Assembly (NCBI GenBank): GCA_963717005.1
Contig: OY970324.1
Span: forward strand, 4,241,937 to 4,305,936
Origin: an uncultured delta proteobacterium
GTDB lineage: Bacteria; Desulfobacterota; Binatia; Binatales; Binataceae
Length of the DNA: 64,000 bases
Direction: 5' to 3'
Below, piece by piece: positions 8,718 to 17,755 of this stretch (the first letter of the stretch is position 1; every line of letters starts with the position of its first letter). The position numbers and the translations under genes were made by a program. Below the pieces are notes generated by a model that was not told the DNA's origin, ran no database searches, and worked only from the letters and a program-made list of their open reading frames with translations.

Positions 8718-9875
8718 ATGACAACTGGAAAAATCGAACCCTTCCGTGTCGAGGTGCCGGTCGAAGTGCTGGCCGACTTGCGCGCCCGTCTCAGCAGCAC
8801 GCGCTTTCCCGACGAGGTGCCCGATACCGGCTGGGAGTATGGGACCAATCTCGCCTACCTGAAGTCGTTGGTCGAGTACTGGCGGACCAGTTACGACTGG
8901 CGCGCGCATCAACGCGAGATCAATCGCTTCGCGCAATTCAAGGCGAACGTCGATGGACTCGGAATCCATTTCATCCACGAGCAAGGCAAGGGGCCGAATC
9001 CGAAACCGCTTCTGCTGATTCACGGATGGCCGGGATCGATCTACGAGTTCATGCGGATTATCCCGATGCTCACCGATCCGGCTGCGCACGGCGGCAATCC
9101 GAAGGACTCGTTCACCGTGATCGCGCCGTCGCTGCCCGGCTACGGATTTTCAGATCATCCGCGGGCGCGCGCGATGAATATCCAGGCGATGGCGGATCTG
9201 TTTCACAAGCTGATGACCGCGACGCTCGGCTACCAGCGCTACGCGGTGCAGGGCGGAGACTGGGGCGCGGCGATTACCTCGCGAATCGGCGAAGTGCACG
9301 CCGACAGCGTCTTCGGCATCCATATCAATATGATTGCGATCGGTCCCGCTGAAGGACGCGGCGCGTCCGAACTGACGCCCGAAGAGAAAGTGTTTCTCGG
9401 CGACCTGGAAAAATTCCGCACCGCCGAGACCGGCTACCAATGGATTCAGGGGACCAAGCCGCAGACGCTCGCGTACGGGCTGAACGATTCGCCGGCCGGA
9501 CTACTGGCATGGATCGTCGAGAAGTTTCGCACCTGGAGCGATTGTCACGGCGACCTCGAGAAGAGCTTCACGCGCGATCAGATACTGACCAACGTGATGA
9601 TCTATTGGATCACGCAGACGATTAATTCCTCGACGCGCCTGTACTACGAGGCGCGGCATCATCCGTGGCGCCTGAAGCCGGGGACCCGAATCGAGGCGCC
9701 GACCGCGGTTGCGCTGTTTCCGGGCGAATTGGTGCGTCCGCCGCGCCACTGGGCCGAGCGCGTATATAATGTACGGCGCTGGACGCTGATGCCGAAAGGC
9801 GGACACTTCGCCGCGATGGAAGAGCCGGCCCTGCTCGCCGCCGACCTGCGCGAATTTTACCGGGAGGTGGGCTGA
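8718..9875 (+). CDS. Epoxide hydrolase (microsomal EH-like alpha/beta hydrolase)
   Basis: EH N-terminal domain (PFRVEVP..RFPDE) and HGWPGSIYEF oxyanion-hole motif. Confidence 0.85.
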   Translation: MTTGKIEPFRVEVPVEVLADLRARLSSTRFPDEVPDTGWEYGTNLAYLKSLVEYWRTSYDWRAHQREINRFAQFKANVDGLGIHFIHEQGKGPNPKPLLLIHGWPGSIYEFMRIIPMLTDPAAHGGNPKDSFTVIAPSLPGYGFSDHPRARAMNIQAMADLFHKLMTATLGYQRYAVQGGDWGAAITSRIGEVHADSVFGIHINMIAIGPAEGRGASELTPEEKVFLGDLEKFRTAETGYQWIQGTKPQTLAYGLNDSPAGLLAWIVEKFRTWSDCHGDLEKSFTRDQILTNVMIYWITQTINSSTRLYYEARHHPWRLKPGTRIEAPTAVALFPGELVRPPRHWAERVYNVRRWTLMPKGGHFAAMEEPALLAADLREFYREVG

Positions 9876-9935
9876 GGGTTTTCAGTTTCCGCAAACCTCG
9901 GTCCGGTTATTTCTTTTTCCTGGTCGTGGCGCGGG

Positions 9936-9999
9936 ATCCTGACCTCTCCCGCAGACACCGCTGCACGGCTTACGCCGACCTCTCCTCGGACAAGGAGGG
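9936..9999 (+). repeat. REP-like palindromic element, family 1, copy b
   Basis: TCCTGACCTCTCCC and CTCTCCTCGGACAAGGAGGG are shared with 4531-4590. It lies between convergent genes. Confidence 0.6.
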
Positions 10000-10006
10000 T
10001 TGGGAC

Positions 10007-10480
10007 TTACCAGCCGAAGAAATCTTTCGCCGCGACGAACTTCGCGACGCCGGCGGCTTCGCCGGCCAGGCGATCCACTTCCTGATCGCCGACCATTGTG
10101 GACGCGGTCAGATCGACGCCGTACATCTCGGCGAGTTCGGTGATCATGCCGCCCCTGGGCTTGCGGCATTCGCAGTTGTCGGCGTCGATGTGCGGGCAGA
10201 TTTGCCAGCCGGTCAGAATGTCGCCGAGCTGATGGTCGAGCTGCGCGAGCGCGGCTTCGACATTTTCCGCCTTGAGCCGGCCGCGTGCGATTCCCGCCTG
10301 GTTGGTCACCACGAACATCAGATGGTCGTGCAGCGGGCGCAGCTTTTCCGCGACGCCCGGCAGCAGCTCGATTACGATATTGCCGTTACTGTCGAGCGGA
10401 ATCTCGCGCGACTCGTTCAGCTTGACCAAAGTGCCGCCGAGGTCGAAGAACAGCGCCGCGTTGCCGTTCGGGTTGGCCAT
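10007..10480 (-). CDS. HAD-IIIA phosphatase, D-glycero-D-manno-heptose 1,7-bisphosphate phosphatase (GmhB)-like
   Basis: LFFDLGGTLV, VVTNQAGIARG, and the Zn-binding CxC..CRKP signature. Confidence 0.75.
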   Translation of the reverse strand: MANPNGNAALFFDLGGTLVKLNESREIPLDSNGNIVIELLPGVAEKLRPLHDHLMFVVTNQAGIARGRLKAENVEAALAQLDHQLGDILTGWQICPHIDADNCECRKPRGGMITELAEMYGVDLTASTMVGDQEVDRLAGEAAGVAKFVAAKDFFGW

Positions 10481-10495
10481 GAAAAAAGATCTCGC

Positions 10496-11866
10496 CTAGG
10501 CGTGGCGCCAGTCAACGTGATCGCGAACGTGCGCGAACACTTCGTCCAGGATCTCGACGCCCGCCTCGGCCTGCGCTTCGGTGATCACGAGCGACGGGTT
10601 GATACGAATCTTGGGGAAATAGGCCATCGTGACCAGCCCGCGCTTGAGGCATTCGGCGAAGATCAGCTCGGTGACTTTTTTGCCGAGCAGTTCCTTGGTT
10701 TCGAGATCGCGCACCAGCTCGACGCCTATCAGCAAGCCCTTGCCCCGCACGTCGCCGATAAATTCGTATTTTTCCTTGAGCTGCACCAGCCGCGACAGCA
10801 TCATCGCGCCGACCTTGCGCGAGTTCTCGACCAGATGCTCGCGCTGAATCGTGGCGATCGTTTCGGACACCGCGACCGCCGCCATCGGATTTCCGCCGTA
10901 GCTCGACGACGACGCGCTCGGCTTGCCGAATGGCTCCGCTTTGCCCAGCTCGTCGCTCAGCAACACGCCCGAGACCGGAAAGCCCGAGCCCATGCCCTTG
11001 CCGACGGTGACGATATCGGGGCGGGTGCCGCTATGCTCGACGCCCCACCATTTGCCGGTGCGGCCGAAGCCGGTGATCATTTCGTCGGCGATCAGCAGCG
11101 CGCCGAAATCTTTGGCGACCGACTTTACCGCGGGCAGCCAGTCGTCGGGAGGAATCACGTTGCCGGCCGTGCCCTGCATCGGCTCGGCGACGATTGCGGC
11201 GAGCGAGCCGCCGCTGCTCATCTTGATTTGCTGGCGCGCAAAATCGACGCAGTAAAGTCCGCAATCGGGATATTTCAGCTTGAACGGGCATCGGTAGCAA
11301 TCGGCGTAGGGCACCGTGTACTGGCCGCCTTGCAGCGGTCCGTAGCCTTGCTTCGATTCGTCGCCGATAAGGCCGAGCACACCGCCGGTCTTGCCATGGA
11401 AGCCGCCCCAGAAACTCACCGCCTCATGATGGCCGGTTGCGGAACGCGCCAGGCGCAGCGCGGCTTCGACCGCCTCCGCGCCGCCGCTATATAGATGAGC
11501 GCGAGTCAGCCCCGCGGGTGCGACTTCTGCCAGCGCTTTGAACGCAGCCGCGCGCTCTTTGGTGGCGAAGGTGCCGACGGTGAGCCGCGCCGCCTGCTTG
11601 GACAGCGCATTCGCCATTGCGGGATGCGCATGGCCGAGGCTCGCGACGGCGACGCCGGCGAAGAAATCGACGTAGGTGTTGCCGTCGGCGTCAATGAGCG
11701 TCGCGCCCTCGCCGTGATCGAAGGCGAGGCCTGCGAGCAGTGAAATTCGCTGGCGGCCGGGGGCGATATATTTTTGTTCGAGGTCGAAGATCTCCTTCGA
11801 CCTGGGTCCCGGAACGGATGTTTTGATCGAGGGAAGTTTTCCGTTGGTGCTTGTGGTGGTCTTCAA
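10496..11866 (-). CDS. Class III (aspartate-aminotransferase family) PLP-dependent aminotransferase
   Basis: 456 aa. AT-III fold with a PLP-lysine region (DEMITGFGRTGKWWG). Confidence 0.85.
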   Translation of the reverse strand: MKTTTSTNGKLPSIKTSVPGPRSKEIFDLEQKYIAPGRQRISLLAGLAFDHGEGATLIDADGNTYVDFFAGVAVASLGHAHPAMANALSKQAARLTVGTFATKERAAAFKALAEVAPAGLTRAHLYSGGAEAVEAALRLARSATGHHEAVSFWGGFHGKTGGVLGLIGDESKQGYGPLQGGQYTVPYADCYRCPFKLKYPDCGLYCVDFARQQIKMSSGGSLAAIVAEPMQGTAGNVIPPDDWLPAVKSVAKDFGALLIADEMITGFGRTGKWWGVEHSGTRPDIVTVGKGMGSGFPVSGVLLSDELGKAEPFGKPSASSSSYGGNPMAAVAVSETIATIQREHLVENSRKVGAMMLSRLVQLKEKYEFIGDVRGKGLLIGVELVRDLETKELLGKKVTELIFAECLKRGLVTMAYFPKIRINPSLVITEAQAEAGVEILDEVFAHVRDHVDWRHA

Positions 11867-11908
11867 TTGATAGCGTTCCGAATCCTTGTTTGAATTTGCG
11901 TCGCGATG

Positions 11909-12730
11909 CTAGCGCGCGCGGCCGAGCAGACTTAGCGCACGGCGCGCGATCGCGCGAGCGGCCGGTGCGCGCACCCGACTGTAGCTGGGCCAGTCGTTGA
12001 AATCGATAATCGCGAAACGATCGCCGCTCAGGACCGCGTCGCCGCCCCACGCCTGGAGACCGAGCGCGCCGGCGGCGGCAGTCGCTGCCTCCGAGAGCGC
12101 GCGCACCGCGGCTTCGGGGACTTCCTCGCCCTCGGGATGAACGCTGAAATGCGCGCCGCCGCTGACGCCGTAAAATTTTACGACGCGGCCGGCGACTTCC
12201 TGCTGCAGGTAGGCGAAGCGGACTCCGCGCCGCGTGAAGTCCGCGAGAATCGATTCGACTTCGGCGCGATCGGCCGCCCGCTGTACGTCCTCGGGCGCGA
12301 GTGCATGCAAGTCGCCGCGCTTGACGAATACCCCCGCCGACAAATCGAGGCCGGCCAGCTTGCGCGCATCGAGCGGCTCGTCGGCAGGTACCAGCGCGCC
12401 CGCGGGCGTGGGTACCCCGGCGCTCTCGAGTCCGGCGGCGAGCAAGTCGCGGTAGCAGTTGCGAATCGAGAGCGCGGAGTTGATAGAGATCGCGCCGGCC
12501 TGCTCGACTTCAGCCAGCCGCTTGAGCGCGCGCGGCCCCTGGCACATCGGCAGAACGAGATCGGCGCGTACTGGTGCGCCCGCGGCGAAGCTGGCCGCGT
12601 CCATCGCCTGGATCTCGACCCCTTCACGCTTCAGCTCGGACAAGACCGCGTCGAGAATCGCGGCGTCGGCCTCGACCTTGCCGGGCGAAAACTCAGGTTC
12701 CCGATAAATTCCCAAAGCTCGATTGCTCAT
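11909..12730 (-). CDS. ATP-grasp domain protein, resembling the inositol-polyphosphate kinase (ITPK1-like) branch
   Basis: 273 aa. Central VKRGDLHA and C-terminal IIDFNDWPSY are similar to the ATP-grasp Mg/ATP loop (IDINAFPGY type). The assignment is tentative. Confidence 0.5.
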   Translation of the reverse strand: MSNRALGIYREPEFSPGKVEADAAILDAVLSELKREGVEIQAMDAASFAAGAPVRADLVLPMCQGPRALKRLAEVEQAGAISINSALSIRNCYRDLLAAGLESAGVPTPAGALVPADEPLDARKLAGLDLSAGVFVKRGDLHALAPEDVQRAADRAEVESILADFTRRGVRFAYLQQEVAGRVVKFYGVSGGAHFSVHPEGEEVPEAAVRALSEAATAAAGALGLQAWGGDAVLSGDRFAIIDFNDWPSYSRVRAPAARAIARRALSLLGRAR

Positions 12731-13458
12731 GGCGTCTTCCGTATTGCGCGGCGTGCGGCCTCGAGGTCCGACGCTTCATCCACGTCGATCGTTCCTTGGA
12801 GCTCGATCGCATCGAGCCGCATCCCACGTGCGATTAGCAGCGCGAGGAAGCGGCGGAGTGCGTCAAGGCCGGCGCGGCGCGCGTCGGCGGCGTGATCGAA
12901 AATTCCGGTTGACAGGAAATAAACTCCCGCCGTCACGGTTGAAGTCTGACGGTTGCCCAGCCCGAGGATCAAGCCATTTTCTGTTACATCTGCAAAAAGC
13001 GGCCGGGCCTCGCCGCGCCATCGGGTGACGGCCAGCACGCCGGCGAGATTTTTCTCGCGGCACTCCTCGATTTTCCTGCGCGACTCATTAACAAAACGCG
13101 CGAGTTCACTCTGCGGAATTACGGCGTCCACCGTCGAGGCGATAAACCATCCCGGTTCGAGCACCTCGCCGAGCGCGAGCATCGTTTCCATCGAGTTGGC
13201 GGTATCGCGCACGACGAGACGAATCGGCGGCGCAATCTCGAGGGCAATTTTATTTTCCCCGGCGATACGCGCGGTCTCGGAGTTGATCACCGCGACCACC
13301 GACGAGGCGCCCGCGCCGAGCAGCGCGCGAGCCTGACGCGCGAGCATTGTCTCGCCGCCGAGCATGACCAGCGGCTTGGGGAGGTCGTCGCGGGTGGAGC
13401 TGCGCAGGCGTTCGCCGCGGCCGGCGGCAATTATCGCACCCTGTAATTCCTTCACCAT
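12727..13458 (-). CDS. Nucleotidyltransferase (sugar/cyclitol-phosphate cytidylyl- or guanylyltransferase, NTP_transf_3-like)
   Basis: N-terminal GAIIAAGRGERL matches the GxGxRL signature. Overlaps its neighbours by 4 and 7 nt, indicating an operon. Confidence 0.75.
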   Translation of the reverse strand: MVKELQGAIIAAGRGERLRSSTRDDLPKPLVMLGGETMLARQARALLGAGASSVVAVINSETARIAGENKIALEIAPPIRLVVRDTANSMETMLALGEVLEPGWFIASTVDAVIPQSELARFVNESRRKIEECREKNLAGVLAVTRWRGEARPLFADVTENGLILGLGNRQTSTVTAGVYFLSTGIFDHAADARRAGLDALRRFLALLIARGMRLDAIELQGTIDVDEASDLEAARRAIRKTP

Positions 13459-14180
13459 TGGATTTGCGCAATTTCATCGATACTTCGGATCAAGACGTCG
13501 GCGGCGGCAGAATCTTCACCGGGTCGCGGATCGGTGCGGAGCCATACCGTGCGCATTCCGAGTTTGCGCGCGGGCACGCAATCTTTTTTCAGCGAATCGC
13601 CGATCATCGCGGCCGATTCCGGGGCGCATTGTAAATTTTTAAGAGCGTGCTGGAAAATTCCCTCGTCGGGTTTGAAAATTCCGACGCGCGACGAATCGGC
13701 GACCGCTGCGAAAAATCGATCCAGCTTCGCCTCTTCGAGGATGCGATCGAGATTGCCGTAGAAGTTCGACACGATGCCCATCCTGAAACGGCTTTTGAGT
13801 GGGCCCAGAACCGCGCGGCTGTGCGCGAGACCGGCCGCCGTTTCGCGGACGAAGGAGTTGGTGACGGCCTCGACCAAGCGATGGCGTCCCGCAGCGCCGG
13901 AGTCGTCGAGCGCCACGCGCAGCAGGTCGGGACCGCTTTTGCGTAGGTATTCGAATTGGTGGCCGGCGAGAAATCGCACCAGGTCCGTCATCCCGAAGCG
14001 CGAGACTACGCGCGTTGCGCCGTAGCCGATTCGCGTCGCGTGATCGAAGGCGGGGTCGAGTTCGGCGCGCGCAATTTCGATTCCAGCCGCGCGGTAGCTC
14101 GACAGAAAGCGGTCAAGCCAATGCGCAGGCCCGTCAAGCGTGCCGCCGAAATCGAATAGCAGAGTGGTAATCGTGGCCAT
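13452..14180 (-). CDS. HAD family hydrolase (phosphatase)
   Basis: LLFDFGGTLDG motif I, with downstream SNF (motif II) and GDSLKKD (motif IV). Confidence 0.75.
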   Translation of the reverse strand: MATITTLLFDFGGTLDGPAHWLDRFLSSYRAAGIEIARAELDPAFDHATRIGYGATRVVSRFGMTDLVRFLAGHQFEYLRKSGPDLLRVALDDSGAAGRHRLVEAVTNSFVRETAAGLAHSRAVLGPLKSRFRMGIVSNFYGNLDRILEEAKLDRFFAAVADSSRVGIFKPDEGIFQHALKNLQCAPESAAMIGDSLKKDCVPARKLGMRTVWLRTDPRPGEDSAAADVLIRSIDEIAQIQW

Positions 14181-14369
14181 GAAACGGTCAGTTTACCAGC
14201 CCGAGTCGTCAGCCTCCAGTTTCGACGGGGTCAGGTGCCGCACCTATCAACAGCCGGGCTCATAATTGACGGTTGACGCTATCAGCGGGGCTACTTCCGC
14301 TGTGGTTTCCGCTATGTTACCGTTGCCGATCAATGATGGCGGTGGAAACCGGGCCCTAGTAAGACGACG

Positions 14370-15554
14370 TTGATTGAAACTGCCTTAATCGCCGCTCCTG
14401 ACCGCGCGGACAATGCGGTATTCGGCCGCCCGCTGTTAGAGCGGCTGATGATCAACTGCGAGCGCGCCGGGATTAAACGATTCGTCATCGCAGCGCCGCG
14501 TGAGAATTATTCGGACGTCGCGCGCGCGATGGGCCGGTTCAAAAATTTGGACTGCGTCTCGATGGTCGAGTCGTTCGACAAGATTCTGAATCCAACCGAT
14601 GCACAGGAATTGGGCATCGACCCGTCGTCGCCGTGCGTGTCTTTCTCGGGCAATCTGGTATTTGCGAAGTCTCAACTGAAGCAGATTCTCGACGCCCACG
14701 CTTCGAATCCGCAATCGGTACATCGGGCAGTCAGCACCGACCAGGACCGCGGCGGCGAAATTGCGACCGGACGAATCGCGGAGATCCTGAAGCGCGGCGG
14801 CATTTCCAATAGCGTCACGAGGCCGGCGGCGAGCCTGCTGCCTTTTGCGCTGAACGGGCGGCCCGAGGATCGCGAAGAAGCGGAGCTGCGGCTGGCGAAA
14901 TCGATTCGCGAGGAATCGGCGCATAAGGACGCGCCGATGGCGCGATGGGTGGACCGTAAGATTTCCTGGCGCATCAGCTATTGGCTCGCAACGCACACGC
15001 GCGCCACGCCGAACATGGTCACGGTTGCGAACACGATGTTCGGGATTGGGTGCGCGTGGATGTTCGCGGTTCCGAATTACTGGATGCGGCTGTTCGCCGC
15101 GATTTTCTTTTTGATCTCGATCACAATCGACGGGGTCGATGGCGAATTGGCGCGGCTCAAGATGGTAGAGAGCGATTTCGGCGGCCGACTCGACATCGCC
15201 ACGGACAACATCGTGCACGCCGCGGTATTCGTCGGCCTGCTGATCGGATGCTACCGGGTCGAGCACAGCCGCGCTTACCTGTACCTGATTCCGTTGCTGC
15301 TCGGCGGATTCGCAATGTGCGCTTACGCCACGTGGCGCGCCTTCGAGATAAGGGGCGCGCAGGCGGCAGCCTGGCTCGACAAAGTCGATCGATGGAGCGG
15401 GCGCGATTTCGCCTACCTGCTCGTGGTATTGGCCTTAATTAATCGGCTAGAGTACTTCGCCTGGGGGACGGCATTTGGCACCTATGTGTTTGCCTTCGTC
15501 CTGATTTGGATTACCGGCCGGACCGCGTCGTCAATGAAGACTGAAAGCCTGTAG
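14370..15554 (+). CDS. Fusion protein: N-terminal nucleotidyltransferase-like domain (signature degenerate) plus C-terminal CDP-alcohol phosphatidyltransferase membrane domain
   Basis: The C-terminal half has DGVDGELARLKMVESDFGGRLDIATDNIVH, which matches DG(x2)AR(x8)G(x3)D(x3)D. Several TM helices are predicted. In the N-terminal half the position of the GxGxR motif reads ALIAAPDRADN. Confidence 0.75.
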   Translation: MIETALIAAPDRADNAVFGRPLLERLMINCERAGIKRFVIAAPRENYSDVARAMGRFKNLDCVSMVESFDKILNPTDAQELGIDPSSPCVSFSGNLVFAKSQLKQILDAHASNPQSVHRAVSTDQDRGGEIATGRIAEILKRGGISNSVTRPAASLLPFALNGRPEDREEAELRLAKSIREESAHKDAPMARWVDRKISWRISYWLATHTRATPNMVTVANTMFGIGCAWMFAVPNYWMRLFAAIFFLISITIDGVDGELARLKMVESDFGGRLDIATDNIVHAAVFVGLLIGCYRVEHSRAYLYLIPLLLGGFAMCAYATWRAFEIRGAQAAAWLDKVDRWSGRDFAYLLVVLALINRLEYFAWGTAFGTYVFAFVLIWITGRTASSMKTESL

Positions 15555-15587
15555 GAAAGGAATCGAGGCCTGCATGGCGGAGGAAGT

Positions 15588-16919
15588 ATGAACGGCAAGA
15601 AGCCACGAATTCTCCTGGTGCAACCCACCACCGTCCATCTGGACGGCACACCGCACAAAACGCGCTGGCGGCTGATAATGGGTCTCATGATTCCGCTGAT
15701 GGCGGGACTGACGCCCGACGACTACGACGTGACGCTGTGCGACGAACGCCTCGAGGACATCAACTTCGACGGCGGATGGGACCTGGTCGGGATGACGACG
15801 ACGATCGGCGCGTCGCTGCGCGCGTATCAGCTCGGCGACGAGTTCCGCAAACGCGGCATCCCGGTGGTGTTCGGCGGATTCCATGCGACGCTGCAGACCG
15901 AAGAAGCGCTGCATCATTGCGACGCGGTGGTGAAGGGCGAGGCCGACCTGGTGTGGCCCGAGCTGCTGCAGGATTGGCGCGACGGCAAGCTCAAGCAGAT
16001 TTACAAAGCCGACAAGGTGCACGATCTGAAAAACCTGCCGCGCCCGCGCCACGAGCTGCTCAAGCTCAACCGCTACCTGTTCAAGGCGGTGCCGGTGCAG
16101 GCGAGCCGCGGCTGCCCGTATCGATGCTCGTTTTGCGAGATTCCGGTGTTCTACGACGGCGCGTATCGCACGCGTCCAATCGAGGACATCGTCGAGGAGA
16201 TCAAGCAGGTCATGAAGGTGACCGGCTTCAAGCGCTTCCAGTTTATCGACGATCAAATTACGGGCAAGCACAAGTTCGCGCGCGAGCTGTTCAAGGCGCT
16301 CGAGCCCCTCAACATCCGCTTCTCGTGCCTGTGGACGATCAACTCGAATCATGACGACGAGCTGCTCGACCTGGCGGCCAAGGCGGGAATCTTCCACGTC
16401 AATATCGGGGTGGAATCGATCAGCCAGGACAGCCTGCTGTCGATGAACAAGATTCAGAATCACGCGGGGCAGTACAAGAAGCTGCTCAAGAAGCTGGAAA
16501 AATACGGAATCTACTACTCGCTCAATTTCCTGTTCGGGCTGGAAGAAGATCACCCGGGAATTTTCGACGACACGCTGAAGTTCCTGCACGAGGTCAAGGC
16601 GCCCGAGGCGTTCTTCAACACCGTGACGCCGCGGGTCGGCACGCCGATGCGCACGCAGCTCGAGAACGAAGGCCGCGTGATAATCCCCGACGCCGACCTC
16701 TACACCAACAACTTCCGCTGCATGTTCGTGCCCAAGAACATGTCGCCGCAGGAAGTCGAGGAAGGCGTGTGGCGTTGCACCAAGGAGTTCTACTCGCTGA
16801 AGTCGATGTTCAAGCGGCTGCTGCTGCCGCCGGGCAAGTTCACCTGGCAGGGACTGACCGAGAACATGCTCTTCTATTGGGGCGCGAAGCGACAGATCGA
16901 TCCGGTTGATTATTATTAG
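15588..16919 (+). CDS. B12-binding domain radical SAM enzyme
   Basis: N-terminal Rossmann-like B12-binding region followed by CPYRCSFC (CxxxCxxC). Confidence 0.85.
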   Translation: MNGKKPRILLVQPTTVHLDGTPHKTRWRLIMGLMIPLMAGLTPDDYDVTLCDERLEDINFDGGWDLVGMTTTIGASLRAYQLGDEFRKRGIPVVFGGFHATLQTEEALHHCDAVVKGEADLVWPELLQDWRDGKLKQIYKADKVHDLKNLPRPRHELLKLNRYLFKAVPVQASRGCPYRCSFCEIPVFYDGAYRTRPIEDIVEEIKQVMKVTGFKRFQFIDDQITGKHKFARELFKALEPLNIRFSCLWTINSNHDDELLDLAAKAGIFHVNIGVESISQDSLLSMNKIQNHAGQYKKLLKKLEKYGIYYSLNFLFGLEEDHPGIFDDTLKFLHEVKAPEAFFNTVTPRVGTPMRTQLENEGRVIIPDADLYTNNFRCMFVPKNMSPQEVEEGVWRCTKEFYSLKSMFKRLLLPPGKFTWQGLTENMLFYWGAKRQIDPVDYY

Positions 16920-16938
16920 AGCATAGGCCAGTTCGGCT

Positions 16939-17253
16939 TTGATCCTGAAGACGCTCGCGGTCCTGGTGCTCGCCGCGGCACTCGAGGTGGGCGGCGATGC
17001 GCTAGTCCGCATAGGACTACATAGCTACGGCTACTCGCTCGCGGCGGGCGCGTTCGCGCTTTTCTGCTACGGGGTGCTGGTCAACCAGAGCGGCGTCGAT
17101 TTCAACCGCCTGATGGGCATCTACATCGCGGTGTTTTTCGTGGTGTCACAGGTAATCTCGCTGATTCTCTTCAAGCAAGTCCCCGACGACCGAATCCTGC
17201 TTGGCGGCGGCTTCATAGTAACCGGCGGCCTGTTGATTCTGTTGATGACGTGA
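16939..17253 (+). CDS. Small 4-TM membrane protein, YnfA/SMR-like (DMT superfamily)
   Basis: 104 aa with a TTG start. Hydrophobic, with a conserved Glu in TM1 (ALEVGGD). 20 nt downstream of the rSAM gene. Confidence 0.5.
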   Translation: MILKTLAVLVLAAALEVGGDALVRIGLHSYGYSLAAGAFALFCYGVLVNQSGVDFNRLMGIYIAVFFVVSQVISLILFKQVPDDRILLGGGFIVTGGLLILLMT

Positions 17254-17399
17254 CCGCGCCGCGAAACCACGGCAAACTTGCTAGAGCTGCCGCGGGTTTG
17301 AGGCGGCCACGGAGAGTATAGCGAGGTCAGTTGTTGTCGCTGCCAGAACCGGAACCGTTGCCGCCGTTTTCGTGGAAAAAATCGGTCCCTCGATCAGGA

Positions 17400-17633
17400 T
17401 TAGCGGGCAATGACGAACCCTGAGAGTTTGATCCGTTCGAACCCGCCGCCGGCCTGAGTCGAGGCTCCTTCGCTGCTAGGACTTTGCGTGGCGGTGTTCG
17501 ACTCCGAATTCACTGTATTGGCCTGCTGGTGGACGTTGTCACCAGTGTCTTGAGAAAAAGAACGTCCGCTGGATGCGACCAATAGGAAGGCTGGTCGTCA
17601 ACAGTGAAATACTAAAAAAGAAGCGGTTCATGA
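17400..17633 (-). pseudogene. Possible frameshifted small secreted protein (signal peptide MNRFFFSISLLTTSLPIG in one frame; S/T/Q-rich 60-aa ORF in the next frame)
   Basis: An ATG with a signal-peptide-like N-terminus at about 17630 runs into a stop after 31 codons. The adjacent frame continues as ORF 17400-17582. Confidence 0.25.
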
Positions 17634-17755
17634 TTTCCCTTCCCTATTGGTTACAGTTTCAAATCTTGGGCGGGCGGGCTCCTTGATAACGCGAATAGAT
17701 TCGAAATCGGAGTGCATCGGAGCGGCGTTCATCAAAACAAATGCTGATCCGCGCA

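Noticed and set aside
9926-11494. 522-aa plus-strand ORF
   Set aside because: Antisense to the class III aminotransferase and GmhB-like genes. Low complexity and no motifs.
15531-17012. 493-aa minus-strand ORF
   Set aside because: Antisense to the radical SAM gene, which has unambiguous motifs.
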